Assembly (NCBI GenBank): GCA_030599585.1
Contig: JAUVNS010000002.1
Coordinates: 345,282-409,281, forward strand
From: Promethearchaeota archaeon
GTDB lineage: Archaea > Asgardarchaeota > Lokiarchaeia > Sigyniarchaeales > SOKP01
DNA: 64,000 nucleotides
Direction of reading: 5' to 3'
In this document: positions 1 to 10,623 of the stretch, piece by piece
Layout: every line of letters starts with the position of its first letter
Numbering within the stretch: position 1 is the stretch's first letter
Notes under the pieces: model-generated
Seen by the model: only the letters and a program-made list of their open reading frames with translations
Told to the model about the DNA's origin: nothing
The model's database searches: none
Translations under genes and position numbers: made by a program

Positions 1-294
1 CCCCCAATAATTCGTTAGATTAAGTGGTATTAGAAAAAACGCTAAAAAAGATGTAAGAACTAATATTATATCAATTTTTATATATCCTAAAAACGCTCGA
101 GGGTTGCATGAGAAAGATTCTATTGTTGCAGCATCACAAGTTTTTTCTAATTCCATTTTGATGATTTCCGCACTTTGAGCTTCTTGCGAACTACATGGCA
201 TTCTAGGTCCACATTCATCAATTATTCTTTTAATGATTTCGTACATATACTCTGAATCTTCTTTACTGATATTGAGTTCCAAGTTAATTATCAT
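1..294 (-). CDS. M28-family peptidase-like membrane protein, 5' part only (runs off the window's left edge)
   Basis: Hand translation from ATG at 294: MIINLELNISKEDSEYMYEIIKRIIDECGPRMPCSSQEAQSAEIIKMELEKTCD...PRAFLG, then a hydrophobic stretch; open to base 1. GPRxPxSxxE is a typical M28 N-terminal motif. Not in the ORF track. Confidence 0.65.
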   Translation of the reverse strand, partial: MIINLELNISKEDSEYMYEIIKRIIDECGPRMPCSSQEAQSAEIIKMELEKTCDAATIESFSCNPRAFLGYIKIDIILVLTSFLAFFLIPLNLTNYWG

Positions 295-460
295 CTCGCG
301 TTCTGAATTGTGAATTTAGATATATATGAGTATTAAGTTATAAATTATATATCAATATTGATTGATATATCTTATAAAATAATTGATTTAGTGAGTGAAA
401 AATCATAATTTTTTTTATTTTTTGAACTATTCGTCTTTTTATGTTTTAGAGGTGTAGTTA

Positions 461-1186
461 ATGAATTTATTTGAAAAAGAACAATACGTATGCAAAGTTT
501 GTGGTTTTAATATTATAGGATATTTTCCTGAACGGTGTCCTTTCTGCGGTGCTTTAAACGTAAATTTCATAACAGCCGAGAATTGTTCCGAAAATTATAA
601 GGTTTTAGAAACGAAAATAACGGATAAAGTTATACGGCTGAATACTACACCCCCGTTAGGCTTAGAACACGCAGCCTATGGTATAAAAACAGAAAATCAA
701 ACCATCTGGATAGATTGTCCTTCTACTTTTGATAGTTCGTTAGAAAAAATGGACAAAATCATATTCACGCATCACCACTTTCTTGGAGCATCAAATCTAT
801 ATCGAAGTTACAACACCGCATTTGTTTGGATTCACATTGAGGATTCAAAGCACGATATGTCTCAAAAACACACATTTGATAAGAGGTTTGATACTGATTT
901 TCAGTTATCGGGAATTAAGGCTTTTCATATCAACGGCCATACGCCTGGATTTACATTTTATACTTACGAGAACATAGTTTTTATATGCGATTATGTTTCT
1001 CTATCGGAAGGGAGAATGAAATTTAATCCCTATGGTCCTCTCAGAAAAACGATTGAAGGAGGAAAATTAATTAAAAAATTACTTGAAAATGGAAATTACC
1101 AGAAAGTTTGTGGTTTCGATTATGATGTAGCTTTTTCAGAATGGAGTAGCCTGCTTAACGATCTTCTGAACTCTTCAACTAACTAA
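461..1186 (+). CDS. Rubredoxin-like metal ribbon fused to an MBL-fold domain
   Basis: N-terminal CKVCG...CPFCG; THHHFLG and GHTPG MBL-type motifs. Confidence 0.75.
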   Translation: MNLFEKEQYVCKVCGFNIIGYFPERCPFCGALNVNFITAENCSENYKVLETKITDKVIRLNTTPPLGLEHAAYGIKTENQTIWIDCPSTFDSSLEKMDKIIFTHHHFLGASNLYRSYNTAFVWIHIEDSKHDMSQKHTFDKRFDTDFQLSGIKAFHINGHTPGFTFYTYENIVFICDYVSLSEGRMKFNPYGPLRKTIEGGKLIKKLLENGNYQKVCGFDYDVAFSEWSSLLNDLLNSSTN

Positions 1187-1208
1187 GTATAATAACATTT
1201 AAGACCGT

Positions 1209-1433
1209 TTATTCAAGATTTACATGGTGCTTGGGTTTGAACTCAAGTGCATTGGTAGGACAAACATCGATGCATATTCCACAACGCGTACATTTATCTT
1301 CTGGATCAATGAAATCCAATTTGCGCTTTTCGCCTATAGGAGTAGGAGGAGAAAAAAATAGGTTTTCAGGACATTCTTCTACACAATCTCTACATTTAAT
1401 ACATAAAATATTATCTACGATAATTACCTTCAA
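1209..1433 (-). CDS. 2x[4Fe-4S] ferredoxin
   Basis: Two CxxCxxCxxxCP motifs (CIKCRDCVEECP, CTRCGICIDVCP). Confidence 0.9.
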   Translation of the reverse strand: MKVIIVDNILCIKCRDCVEECPENLFFSPPTPIGEKRKLDFIDPEDKCTRCGICIDVCPTNALEFKPKHHVNLE

Positions 1434-1674
1434 AGAAATTCACTATAATTCGTTTATTGCCTATTTATTCACTACTTTACACTTAAAATTAAGTAAAACT
1501 AAGTTCAATTTTATTCCTACTACATGTAAATTTTTTCTAAATGTTTAAGTTTTTTAATAAGAATTTTTTTACTATTTTTAACAAAAAAAAATATGAATAT
1601 ATCACATGTAATTAAATTAGAATTTAGGCTAATAAGTAATCAATATAATATTACAAAATGGTTTTATAGAGATA

Positions 1675-2526
1675 ATGGAAAGCGCTAGACTGAAACAATT
1701 TGATGTTACTTGCCCGAAATGTGGAAGCGGGAAAATCATATCTGTTCCGGATTCACTGTTTGTCCAAAAAAAGTTTGGAACGGTCAAGATTAAAGTCCCT
1801 CAAGGAGCAGTATGTAAAGATCACAATTTTATAGTTTTTATCTCCACTAAAGGTCAAATAATTGGATATGATATAATAGACGCTTCTGTGTCACTAGACC
1901 ATAAAGAAAAGCTTCCTGAGAATTTATCTGATCTAACTTTGGACGAAGTTATTGATGCATTCGGATTTAATTGTGTCGCTGGTTTTTTACATGCTAAATT
2001 ATTCGATTACCCTTCTTTTGTTGTTAGAAACGAAGAATTTGCCCTTGATATTAAACAATTAAATGAATTGTTTGATAAGTTAATGCCTCCGAATTATCGA
2101 AATTCAAATGCCATAATGGACGAGGAATTTGATTCTTATGTGTTTCCTAATCCTAATTATTATTACACATCTATTAAAAGAGAACATGCAGACGCTTTTT
2201 TAATCAATAATCGAAAATTAGTTATTCAAGTACCATGGCGGACACATAGTGATTTTGAGAAGTCAATTTTAACCAATGCCATAGGTAAAAAAGATAAAAG
2301 TGAGCAGTTACAATATTTAGCTCAATATATCTACCAATTTATTAGTGATGTAGAATTTACACAAACCCTTCTAGAAAATGTTAAGTCCATTAGTGAAAAG
2401 GAATTAATTAAGAAGCTCAAAGAGAATTTGATTGTATCTACGATTAATAAAAATCGAATCCTATCAATAAAAGAATTCATAACCAGAAGGATCTCAAAGG
2501 AATTAGGTAGTAAGATTAAAAAGTAA
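1675..2526 (+). CDS. Hypothetical protein with N-terminal Zn-ribbon (Lokiarchaeal type)
   Basis: CPKCG...VCKDH motif; rest unassigned. Confidence 0.6.
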   Translation: MESARLKQFDVTCPKCGSGKIISVPDSLFVQKKFGTVKIKVPQGAVCKDHNFIVFISTKGQIIGYDIIDASVSLDHKEKLPENLSDLTLDEVIDAFGFNCVAGFLHAKLFDYPSFVVRNEEFALDIKQLNELFDKLMPPNYRNSNAIMDEEFDSYVFPNPNYYYTSIKREHADAFLINNRKLVIQVPWRTHSDFEKSILTNAIGKKDKSEQLQYLAQYIYQFISDVEFTQTLLENVKSISEKELIKKLKENLIVSTINKNRILSIKEFITRRISKELGSKIKK

Positions 2527-2687
2527 TAAAATTCATCGCTAATAGGAAATTTAGCATCAAAAGCCCTCAAAACCTATTTTTAAGATTTTATCCTAATTAG
2601 GTAAAATACAAAAAAGATAATGAATTAATTATTTCAATAATTTAACTTTACTACATAATTAGAAGAAGAAGAAGAAGTGATGAACAT

Positions 2688-3470
2688 ATGGACTGGGGAA
2701 TGAAAAACCGATTAGCAAGAATAATCAAACCTAAATCTGGACGATGTGTGATGCTTGCTGTCGATCATGGATATTTTGGTAATATTCCGGGGGCACTTAA
2801 GTGTTTTGGAGATTTGAACCCTTTATTTCAACACGCTGACGCGTTAATGTTAACCAGAGGGATGCTGAGAAGCTGTGTTTCTGCTGATTTCGACATTCCA
2901 ATTGTTTTAAGGGCATCAGCAGGAGCTAGTATGTTAAAGGAGCTTTCAAACGAAGAAATCAATATTACGATTGAAGAAGCTATAAGGTTAAATGTTTCAG
3001 CCATGACTTGCTCAATTTTCGTAGGAGGCGAGTACGAAAAACATAGTTTAATGAATTTGTCTAAATTAGTAAACTGGGGGCAGGAATATGGCATCCCAAC
3101 ATTAGCAGTCACTGCTGTTGGTAGGGAAATGGTAAGAGATCACAGATACTTAGGTATGGCAAGTAGAATGGCTGCCGAGTTAGGAGCTACTTTTGTAAAG
3201 ACATATTACTGTGATGATTTTGAAAATGTTACGAGTATTTGTCCCGTACCAGTTGTTATTGCCGGTGGTAAAAAATTACCCGAAAAGGATGCCTTGCAAA
3301 TGGCTAAAAACGCCATCAATGCAGGAGCCGTAGGGGTAGACATGGGAAGGAATATTTTCCAATCAGAAAAACCTATCGGAATGATTAAAGCAGTGAGAGC
3401 TATAGTCCACGAGAACGCCTCTGTGGATGAAGCTTATGGCATTTATCAAGATGGTCCAATAGGGCTATAA
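2688..3470 (+). CDS. lsrF: LsrF-like class I aldolase/thiolase (DhnA family)
   Basis: MDWGMKNRLARII start, MLAVDHGY, ELGATFVKTYY (Schiff-base Lys), PVVIAGGKK, GVDMGRNIFQ. Confidence 0.9.
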   Translation: MDWGMKNRLARIIKPKSGRCVMLAVDHGYFGNIPGALKCFGDLNPLFQHADALMLTRGMLRSCVSADFDIPIVLRASAGASMLKELSNEEINITIEEAIRLNVSAMTCSIFVGGEYEKHSLMNLSKLVNWGQEYGIPTLAVTAVGREMVRDHRYLGMASRMAAELGATFVKTYYCDDFENVTSICPVPVVIAGGKKLPEKDALQMAKNAINAGAVGVDMGRNIFQSEKPIGMIKAVRAIVHENASVDEAYGIYQDGPIGL

Positions 3471-3519
3471 TTTTTTAGATTTTTAGTTTAAATTAAACTA
3501 TATACTTTTTTTTTATTCA

Positions 3520-4479
3520 ATGACTACATCAAAAATAGATAATCTAGAGATTAGGAAGTTAACAGAAGATATATTACTTGTTCACCAGAAAAAACCTCCC
3601 TTTTATTTTTCTTGTAGTGACGGTATTATTATTTTGCCAAAAAAAAGGAGAAATGATAGTTCAATTGTATTAGATTTAAATGTAGAACCTCAACTTGTAG
3701 ATGAATTGGACGATGTTTACGGTCCTTTTACAAATTACATATGCTCACATGGACATATGGATCATATAGCCCATGTCCATCAATGGGAGTCGCTTGGAGC
3801 TAAAATTCACGCCCCTTTTCCAGAACACGCAAATTTATTAAATCTTCGCAATTTTTATGAAGGGTTTGGCTTTTTTGAAGAAATAGATTTTTCAGTGATA
3901 AATAAGTTTGCAAAAAAAAATGGTTATAAAGAATGTCAAGATGTTATGTCCTTCAAACCCGGTCATATTTTTAAATTTGAAGACTTAATAATTGAAACTA
4001 TTCCATTAATAGGTCATTCTAAAGCTCATGTAGGCTTTTTGATCCCTGAAGAAAGATTATTTCACATAAGCTGCTTAGGTTTTGATAAAGCTAGACCTGA
4101 AAAAGATGGATTTGGTCCATGGTACGGATTTAAAGAATGTTCTATTGAACAATATCTAATAGATATTACGCAGGCGGAGTTAATTTTCCTAGAACGGGCT
4201 AATTTCTTAACTTCTAGCCATTCTTATATTGTAAAAAGCCCCGATAGAACTCCATTTATTTACATGAGAGAAAAAATCGCGAAAAATCAAGATCTTGTTG
4301 ATAATGCAATCAAATCTCATAACTTGACAAGTAAATCTATTGATACGATAAACTATTTACTTAGTCTAGACATTTTCTTTCCAAAAAGGAAAATGGGGGG
4401 CTATTTATTGGAAATTTACAATTTTTGGGAATCTGGAATTATTCGTAAGCATGTCGAACGGAGTGAATTTCTTAGTTAA
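3520..4479 (+). CDS. MBL-fold metallo-hydrolase
   Basis: SHGHMDH (HxHxDH) and GHSKAH motifs. Confidence 0.85.
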   Translation: MTTSKIDNLEIRKLTEDILLVHQKKPPFYFSCSDGIIILPKKRRNDSSIVLDLNVEPQLVDELDDVYGPFTNYICSHGHMDHIAHVHQWESLGAKIHAPFPEHANLLNLRNFYEGFGFFEEIDFSVINKFAKKNGYKECQDVMSFKPGHIFKFEDLIIETIPLIGHSKAHVGFLIPEERLFHISCLGFDKARPEKDGFGPWYGFKECSIEQYLIDITQAELIFLERANFLTSSHSYIVKSPDRTPFIYMREKIAKNQDLVDNAIKSHNLTSKSIDTINYLLSLDIFFPKRKMGGYLLEIYNFWESGIIRKHVERSEFLS

Positions 4480-4494
4480 TATTTGATTTAGGAG

Positions 4495-4535
4495 TTATTT
4501 ATCTGGTTCGATAATAACCTTAGAAAACTCAGTAG
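4495..4535 (-). pseudogene. Short 3'-end remnant of a Zn-ADH paralog
   Basis: Translates to TEFSKVIIEPDK*, matching the ADH C-terminus SESLKVILEPNTVE*. Confidence 0.6.
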
Positions 4536-4550
4536 GATGGTCCAATAGGG
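4536..4550 (+). repeat. 15-bp exact copy of the lsrF 3' end
   Basis: gatggtccaataggg is identical to 3450-3464. Confidence 0.8.
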
Positions 4551-4771
4551 GTTCATTTTCCTATTTTTTTAATGTTTTATTATAATTTTTTTAAGAGAAA
4601 AGAACCAAAATTTTCTTAGTTGAAATTTAGAACTGGTATATTTAAACGAAGTTTAAACTTAAAACACTTATTAGGATTATCATAAATGAGATTCCAATAT
4701 TTATAAGCTAGTTAAAATTATTATTCAAGATTATTTAATAAAAAATAATCCATAAAAAAGTGATTTAAAAA

Positions 4772-5176
4772 ATGGCTGAAGAAATATTAAAATTTACGAA
4801 GTTAACTTTTATAATCCATTTTATAACAGGGCTTATTTTTACCATTTTGTTTTGGCTTCCAGAGATTACGGCTCCTCTTTTTGGTTTTACTTACACACCA
4901 GGATTGGGAGCTGTTACCATGACGCTCGGTGCAACTTTCGTAGGGCTTACTGTTGGTTCACTCCTAGGAATTTTAGCTAAAGAATGGAAAGAAATAAAAA
5001 TTGTAGTACTAATCGAATCATTTTGGCTAGTTGCTAGTTTTATTTCTACTACTATTAATCTCTCTGCATATAGCGCAATGGTATACGTCTCGATGGCACT
5101 AAGCATAATTTTACTTGTGCTATTTTGCCTAACATTTTTACAGCAGGAAGATAAAATGAAACCACTATTCAAGTAG
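4772..5176 (+). CDS. 4-TM membrane protein, paralog 1
   Basis: Four hydrophobic segments; shares KFTKLTFIIHF and FLQQEDK with 5577..5984. Confidence 0.8.
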   Translation: MAEEILKFTKLTFIIHFITGLIFTILFWLPEITAPLFGFTYTPGLGAVTMTLGATFVGLTVGSLLGILAKEWKEIKIVVLIESFWLVASFISTTINLSAYSAMVYVSMALSIILLVLFCLTFLQQEDKMKPLFK

Positions 5177-5270
5177 ATAAGTGTCCATTTAAATTTATTT
5201 TTTTTTTATTTTTATCGTATAATCCTTAAAAATTTGAGATAAATGTATATGTAATAAATAAATTTCTGGA

Positions 5271-5432
5271 TTATTCAACCATGTCAGGTTCAATAACAAC
5301 CTTTAGAGACTCAGTAGCCTAACTAACAATTTTAAATGCATTTCCTACTTGATTTAGAGGAAATCGATGAGAATTTAAGTCGGTTATGTTAATTATTTTA
5401 GAAAATATCCACACATATGACTCTTGGAGATT
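5271..5432 (-). pseudogene. 3'-end fragment of a Zn-ADH paralog with an in-frame stop
   Basis: NLQESYVWIFSKIINITDLNSHRFPLNQVGNAFKIVS*ATESLKVVIEPDMVE* aligns to the last ~53 aa of 6074..7126. Confidence 0.9.
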
Positions 5433-5576
5433 TTTAGAAGTTATAAATTTAATTTCTTTTTCTATTTATCCTTTCATTTCATATTAAACCGAGTATCATT
5501 AAAAGTTCAACCTTTATATAAAAGGAAACATAAATAATCAAGATTTTACAATTTTGTAAAAAATAGTGAAGAAAAG

Positions 5577-5984
5577 ATGGTTGAAGAAATTCAAAAATTT
5601 ACGAAGTTAACTTTTATAATCCATTTTATAATTGGAATTATATTTTCAGCTCTATTTTGGTTACCTGACATTACACTTCCGCTTTTAGGAATAGTGCTCA
5701 CATTAGATACTCGCACTTTGAGTTTAAGCGTAGGAGCGTTATTTACAGGATTAACTATTGGTTGTCTTCTCGGAATTTTCGCTAAAACATGGAAAGAGGT
5801 TCGAATTGTAGTAATTACAGGAATTATCTATTTATTTCTTTTACCAGTTACCAGTATTATATGCTTCAGCGCTTACGATCCAATGATGGCAATAATGATG
5901 ATTGTTCAGACAGTTATTATCTTAGCTCTTTATGTACTATCCTTTTTACAACAAGAAGATAAGTTAAAACCCATATTAAAGTAA
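5577..5984 (+). CDS. 4-TM membrane protein, paralog 2
   Basis: Clear paralog of 4772..5176. Confidence 0.8.
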   Translation: MVEEIQKFTKLTFIIHFIIGIIFSALFWLPDITLPLLGIVLTLDTRTLSLSVGALFTGLTIGCLLGIFAKTWKEVRIVVITGIIYLFLLPVTSIICFSAYDPMMAIMMIVQTVIILALYVLSFLQQEDKLKPILK

Positions 5985-6073
5985 TAGAGTTTACAATAAA
6001 ATTCTTCTTTTTTTTTTAATGAAAAACCCTAAATACTTTTAGAATTCTGTAGATTCATTAATAGAATTTTAAA

Positions 6074-7126
6074 TTATTCAACAGTATTCGGTTCTAAAAT
6101 AACTTTTAATGATTCTGATGCTTCGTTAACAATTTTAAATGCATCACCTATTTGATTTAGAGGAAATCGATGAGTTATTAAGTCTGTTACATTAATTTTT
6201 TTTGACAATATCCACACATATGACTCTTGGAGATCTTCAGGTGCAGCGCCGTATGAAGTTGTAATTGTTATTTCGTTCCTCCAATAATCGTTTATTGGAA
6301 CCTCCAAATTGACACCAGGTCCGGGAACTGCGAAGAATATCACGGTACCTCCCGGTGCTACACAATTTAAAGCTTGCTTCGCCGCCGATAAAGCGCCTGT
6401 GCATACAATAATAATGTCAGCTAATTTATTATCATTGGTTCTCAGAAGTTTCGAAGGAATATCCTCGCTTGCATGAATTATTTCATCCGCTCCAAAATCT
6501 TGAATTTTCCTCAACCTATAATCGTTTATATCGGTTGCAAAGACTTTTTTTGCCCCTCTAAGTTTTGCTAATTGAGCATGTAAGATTCCGGATACTCCAC
6601 TTCCTAATATTAAGACTGTTAATCCTTTTTTTACATTTGCTAATCTTTGTGCTCTACAAACACAGCCAAACGGTTCAATAAATACTCCATCTTCATAGGT
6701 AACTGACTTATCTAACACAAAAACGCCCTTTTTTTCAATATTTATTTTAGGTATTCTAATATATTCGGCAAAACCTCCAGGATCAAAATTAGTGTTATGG
6801 AGAAGATCACATGCTGTATGATGTCCGTGGTTGCAGTAATAGCAATCAAAACACGGTACGTGATGTGAAACGAAGACTCTATCCCCAATTTTATAACCTT
6901 TAAGACCGTCTCCCACTTCAACAATATCACCGGCGATTTCATGTCCAAGAATTAAACTGTCTACACCAAGTTTCTTCATTTTAGCAAATCTATAATACTC
7001 TAAAACATCTGATCCACATATTCCAGATTTTTTAACCTTAACCAACAACTCTCCCGGACCAATCGTTGGTTTAGGTATTTCATCAATTCTTACATCGGTG
7101 TTGCTATAATATCGTGCAATCTTCAT
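6074..7126 (-). CDS. Zn-dependent medium-chain dehydrogenase (sorbitol/threonine DH-like)
   Basis: GICGSD, GHE, structural-Zn CFDCYYC...C, Rossmann GSGVSG. Confidence 0.9.
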   Translation of the reverse strand: MKIARYYSNTDVRIDEIPKPTIGPGELLVKVKKSGICGSDVLEYYRFAKMKKLGVDSLILGHEIAGDIVEVGDGLKGYKIGDRVFVSHHVPCFDCYYCNHGHHTACDLLHNTNFDPGGFAEYIRIPKINIEKKGVFVLDKSVTYEDGVFIEPFGCVCRAQRLANVKKGLTVLILGSGVSGILHAQLAKLRGAKKVFATDINDYRLRKIQDFGADEIIHASEDIPSKLLRTNDNKLADIIIVCTGALSAAKQALNCVAPGGTVIFFAVPGPGVNLEVPINDYWRNEITITTSYGAAPEDLQESYVWILSKKINVTDLITHRFPLNQIGDAFKIVNEASESLKVILEPNTVE

Positions 7127-7263
7127 GATTGATTTTAATTTTACCTAAGTTTTATTTTAATGTTAATATGATATGTCTTAATATAATTCTTTATCAAAAA
7201 TTAATATAATATATATTTTAATAACGATATTTTAAATTAGTTATCGATTGATTATTATGTGAA

Positions 7264-7665
7264 TTGAGTGTAAATTACATGGAAATGAAAGATATCAAAG
7301 CTTTTTGCCAAAACTGGTTAACATCATGGACGGGAAATAATCCAGAAAAACTCATTTCTTTCTATTCAAAAACTGCATATTATCAAGATCCTGCAAATCC
7401 TAAAGGATTAAAAGGACATGATGAAATATTTCCCTATTTTAAAAAATTGTTAGCTGCTAATCCAAAATGGATATGGCGAATGACTGAGGCTTATCCTACT
7501 GAGAAAGGTTTTGTATTAAAGTGGAGAGCCACTATACCAGTTAAATCTGAAGAGATAATGGAATACGGAATGGATATTCTAGAACTTGAAGGCGATAAAA
7601 TTATCCGAAATGAAGTCTACTTCGATCGAACAGAGCTAATATCGTTATTAAAGTCAAAAAAATAG
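7264..7665 (+). CDS. SnoaL/NTF2-like protein
   Basis: Y..DA.YQDP...GLKG pattern, C-terminal KIIRNEVYFDR; start may be an ATG a few codons later. Confidence 0.8.
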   Translation: MSVNYMEMKDIKAFCQNWLTSWTGNNPEKLISFYSKTAYYQDPANPKGLKGHDEIFPYFKKLLAANPKWIWRMTEAYPTEKGFVLKWRATIPVKSEEIMEYGMDILELEGDKIIRNEVYFDRTELISLLKSKK

Positions 7666-7695
7666 TTTTTATATAATATTTAATTACGGTAGATT

Positions 7696-8160
7696 ATGGT
7701 TGAAGTAAAAAAGGAATTGCTATCTCCTTGCGGCTTATGGTGTGGGGTGTGTTCAATTTATATTGCGCATAAAAATAACAACATAAAGTTTAAGGAGAAG
7801 TTATTGCCAATATATAAGGCTTTTGCGAAAAATGTAGACGATATAGCCTGCACAGGTTGTCTATCAGAGGGTACCGTTTTTCCCGTTTGTAGAGCGTGTC
7901 CGGTCAAGAAGTGTTGCAAAGAAAAGAATATTGACGGTTGTTATCAATGCGAAGAATTCCCATGTAAATTTATTGATAACTTTCCTATCCCTGTTGGGAA
8001 AAAAGTCATTCTTCGAGCAATTCCATTTTGGCGCGAACATGGAACCGAGAAATATGTTGAAGCAGAAATGAATAGATATCACTGCCCAGAATGCGGAAAT
8101 CAACTATTTCGTGGTGCAAAAAGGTGCAACAAATGCAAAATGCCTGTTAATGTAGATTAA
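7696..8160 (+). CDS. DUF3795-like Cys-rich protein
   Basis: PCGLWCGVC, CTGC, CPVKKCC, CYQCEEFPC, plus C-terminal CPECG...CNKC. Confidence 0.8.
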   Translation: MVEVKKELLSPCGLWCGVCSIYIAHKNNNIKFKEKLLPIYKAFAKNVDDIACTGCLSEGTVFPVCRACPVKKCCKEKNIDGCYQCEEFPCKFIDNFPIPVGKKVILRAIPFWREHGTEKYVEAEMNRYHCPECGNQLFRGAKRCNKCKMPVNVD

Positions 8161-8185
8161 TATAGATTTTAAAATAAAAAAAAAA

Positions 8186-8398
8186 TTAAGACCTGTTTTT
8201 TTGATTGCTTCTAACAAGCATTTTAAAAGTTTCATCCTCTAAATTTTGGAACATTTTAAGTTCATCACTCAAAAATTGGCTTAATGCGCATCTTATAGCC
8301 TCGCTTCGACTCGGGTATACTCCTAAATCATTTAGAGTTTGAATTGCTTCTAGATATTTTTCAGGTAGGTTAATTGTTATAATTTTCATCTTTCTCAA
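8186..8398 (-). CDS. Ribbon-helix-helix (CopG/Arc/MetJ) regulator
   Basis: MKIITINLP...G.YPSRSEAIR.A. Confidence 0.85.
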   Translation of the reverse strand: MRKMKIITINLPEKYLEAIQTLNDLGVYPSRSEAIRCALSQFLSDELKMFQNLEDETFKMLVRSNQKNRS

Positions 8399-8555
8399 CC
8401 CTTTGTTTAAAAATCATAGCTTTTAACGTTTAGTTATTATTCTTATTTCGTCGGATCACTTATAAATAAAGAGTATTAATGCTTTGATGATATTAACGGC
8501 TTAATTGCTGACGAATAAATAATATTATTACATTAATATTTAAAAAAAAATTAGA

Positions 8556-9308
8556 TTAGAATGGTTTATTAACGGATTTTATGTGCAATATCAATGAAAA
8601 CGAGGCTTTATATAGCTCAGCATTGCTCATCTCTTTGATCTCTTTTAAATAAGTTAGACTGAAATCTGCTTCCCGTTTTAAATAGTTCACATCTTTTGTT
8701 GAATGATCGTAATCCAGATATGCATCAACCTGTAATATATTTTCATCTAATTTTTTAGGAAACTGAGGGGTCATATTAAAAGTGAACAGTAGATCTGGTT
8801 TCGAGGATTCGGCAGCATCAAAAACAAATAAGATGTTTGGTTGCGCGTAAGAAATAAACGATTCTAAGTTGTGAAATAGATCGTCAATTTTGATGTTTAG
8901 TTTAGATGCTTCTAAGATGCTACAATCGCTAATTTTAGGAAATATAAATTTCTCCTTTCCTCGAAAGGCACTATCTATTTCGTTGGAACTTAAAAATTTC
9001 TTAAAGACTTCGTCCTTTTTCTCTAAAACAAATTCACTCGTTATTGGATCAGACTTGGTATATAACACTATAGAACTTGAGGATAGTAAATTTAATTTTT
9101 GGTAATATATATTGAAATCGGGGTTATATGGCAGATTTATAATACTTTTATCGCCACTCAGGCCAAGTTGAGCCATGATATTCATTGGGCCTTGGCTCGT
9201 TAATGTTAATAAAAGAAAAGATCTGAAATTTTCAAGTTCAATAAAATTAGTAAAACCACTAAAAAATTCGTTAACAATTTTAATTTTAGTATCTAACGCT
9301 TTGGACAT
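8556..9308 (-). CDS. Hypothetical protein
   Basis: 250-aa ORF co-oriented with its neighbours; no motif recognised. Confidence 0.6.
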   Translation of the reverse strand: MSKALDTKIKIVNEFFSGFTNFIELENFRSFLLLTLTSQGPMNIMAQLGLSGDKSIINLPYNPDFNIYYQKLNLLSSSSIVLYTKSDPITSEFVLEKKDEVFKKFLSSNEIDSAFRGKEKFIFPKISDCSILEASKLNIKIDDLFHNLESFISYAQPNILFVFDAAESSKPDLLFTFNMTPQFPKKLDENILQVDAYLDYDHSTKDVNYLKREADFSLTYLKEIKEMSNAELYKASFSLILHIKSVNKPF

Positions 9309-9363
9309 AGTCGCATCATCTAATAATTATAATATTTCTGTAAAGAATTAATTGTAATTAAAT

Positions 9364-9780
9364 CTAACCATGATATTTCAAAATAAAACTACGGAAAGAT
9401 TCTTTAACTTCTTGAGTTATATGATGCTCAATATCGCATGATATCTTTTCTACGAGTTCGTCATCGGTTATTTTTAGGATTTCTTTAAAGAAAGTCCGAA
9501 GTAGCCCGTGAGTTTCTTCTAACTGAATAGCATATTTTTTACCCTTATCTGTAAGTCTAATTGATTTTCTAGGTTCCCAATTTATCAATTTCTTGTTTTT
9601 TAACTTATCTAGCATTCCAGAGACTGAAGCTGGTTCGACCTGTAGATTCTCTGCTATTTCTTTATTAGTTACCCAACCGCCTTTTTTTTTCTTTGAAATA
9701 TTATAAATGATGTCTAAATATCTTTGATAACTTTCTGGTATCTCGGATATTTCAGATGTAATTTTATCTTTAGCACTCAT
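9364..9780 (-). CDS. DtxR/MntR-family metal-dependent regulator
   Basis: YLDIIY...EIAENLQVEPASVSGML, LTDKG, CDIEHHI. Confidence 0.9.
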   Translation of the reverse strand: MSAKDKITSEISEIPESYQRYLDIIYNISKKKKGGWVTNKEIAENLQVEPASVSGMLDKLKNKKLINWEPRKSIRLTDKGKKYAIQLEETHGLLRTFFKEILKITDDELVEKISCDIEHHITQEVKESFRSFILKYHG

Positions 9781-9985
9781 CGTTTTCTAAATGGAAATAA
9801 TCATTATTATTTTTACCGTGCCAAGTTTCATAACAATTATCATTCTTAAAAATTTATTTATTTTTCTGTATTAAGTACATGAAATATTTATCAATTACTT
9901 ATCACGCGATGTTTTAACCAATTTTTGATAAAAATTATAATAATTAAATCTTTAATAAGAAGTAAAATTTTGAAGATGGGAGCTA

Positions 9986-10561
9986 ATGATAAAAAATTTT
10001 CCTGGTAAATTAGTATTGGTTGTAGGTAATTCAGGCTCGGGCAAAGATTCGATAATGAAGGGAGTAAAAGAAAGATATCCTTCTGATTTAATAAGCCTTT
10101 ATCTTACTCAAAGATATATAACAAGACCATATTCAGACACTGAAGATAATATTGCTGTTACACCAGAAGACTTCAAAATCATGTCATTGCAAGGAGAATT
10201 TGTGTTAGAATGGCATATATATGGTCTAGACTATGGTGTTCCCATAGAAATTGATGAATGGTTGAAAAAAGGTCACCCTGTCCTCGTCAATGTAAGCAGG
10301 TCAATTATAAAAAAAGCTCGTAAAATTTACCAAAACATAGTAGTTGCGTTTATAGATGTTCCTTTTGAAATTACGCTCAAAAGAGTAAAAGAACGCGCAA
10401 GAGAAAGCGGAATAAGATTAGAAGAGAGAATTCTAAGAGCTAGACGAAATCAAGATATTCCTGATGCTGATTTTATAGTTGACAATTCTGGAGATTTAGA
10501 AGATGCAATTAATGAATTTTTAAGCAATCTTATCTATGTTGTTTACGCAAAAGGAAAATAA
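9986..10561 (+). CDS. phnN: PhnN-like ribose-1,5-bisphosphokinase (guanylate kinase family)
   Basis: P-loop GNSGSGKDS, RYITRP, W..YGLDYG, NVSR, RARES. Confidence 0.75.
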   Translation: MIKNFPGKLVLVVGNSGSGKDSIMKGVKERYPSDLISLYLTQRYITRPYSDTEDNIAVTPEDFKIMSLQGEFVLEWHIYGLDYGVPIEIDEWLKKGHPVLVNVSRSIIKKARKIYQNIVVAFIDVPFEITLKRVKERARESGIRLEERILRARRNQDIPDADFIVDNSGDLEDAINEFLSNLIYVVYAKGK

Positions 10562-10623
10562 TTTAGGGAAATAATAGCAAAAAAAGGAAAAATAAGCGTG
10601 TCTTTTTCTTTATTAAAGTAAAA

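Noticed and set aside
2688-3470. lsrF as evidence of AI-2 quorum sensing
   Set aside because: No other lsr genes are nearby; LsrF-like aldolases beside sugar-alcohol dehydrogenases more simply indicate sugar metabolism.
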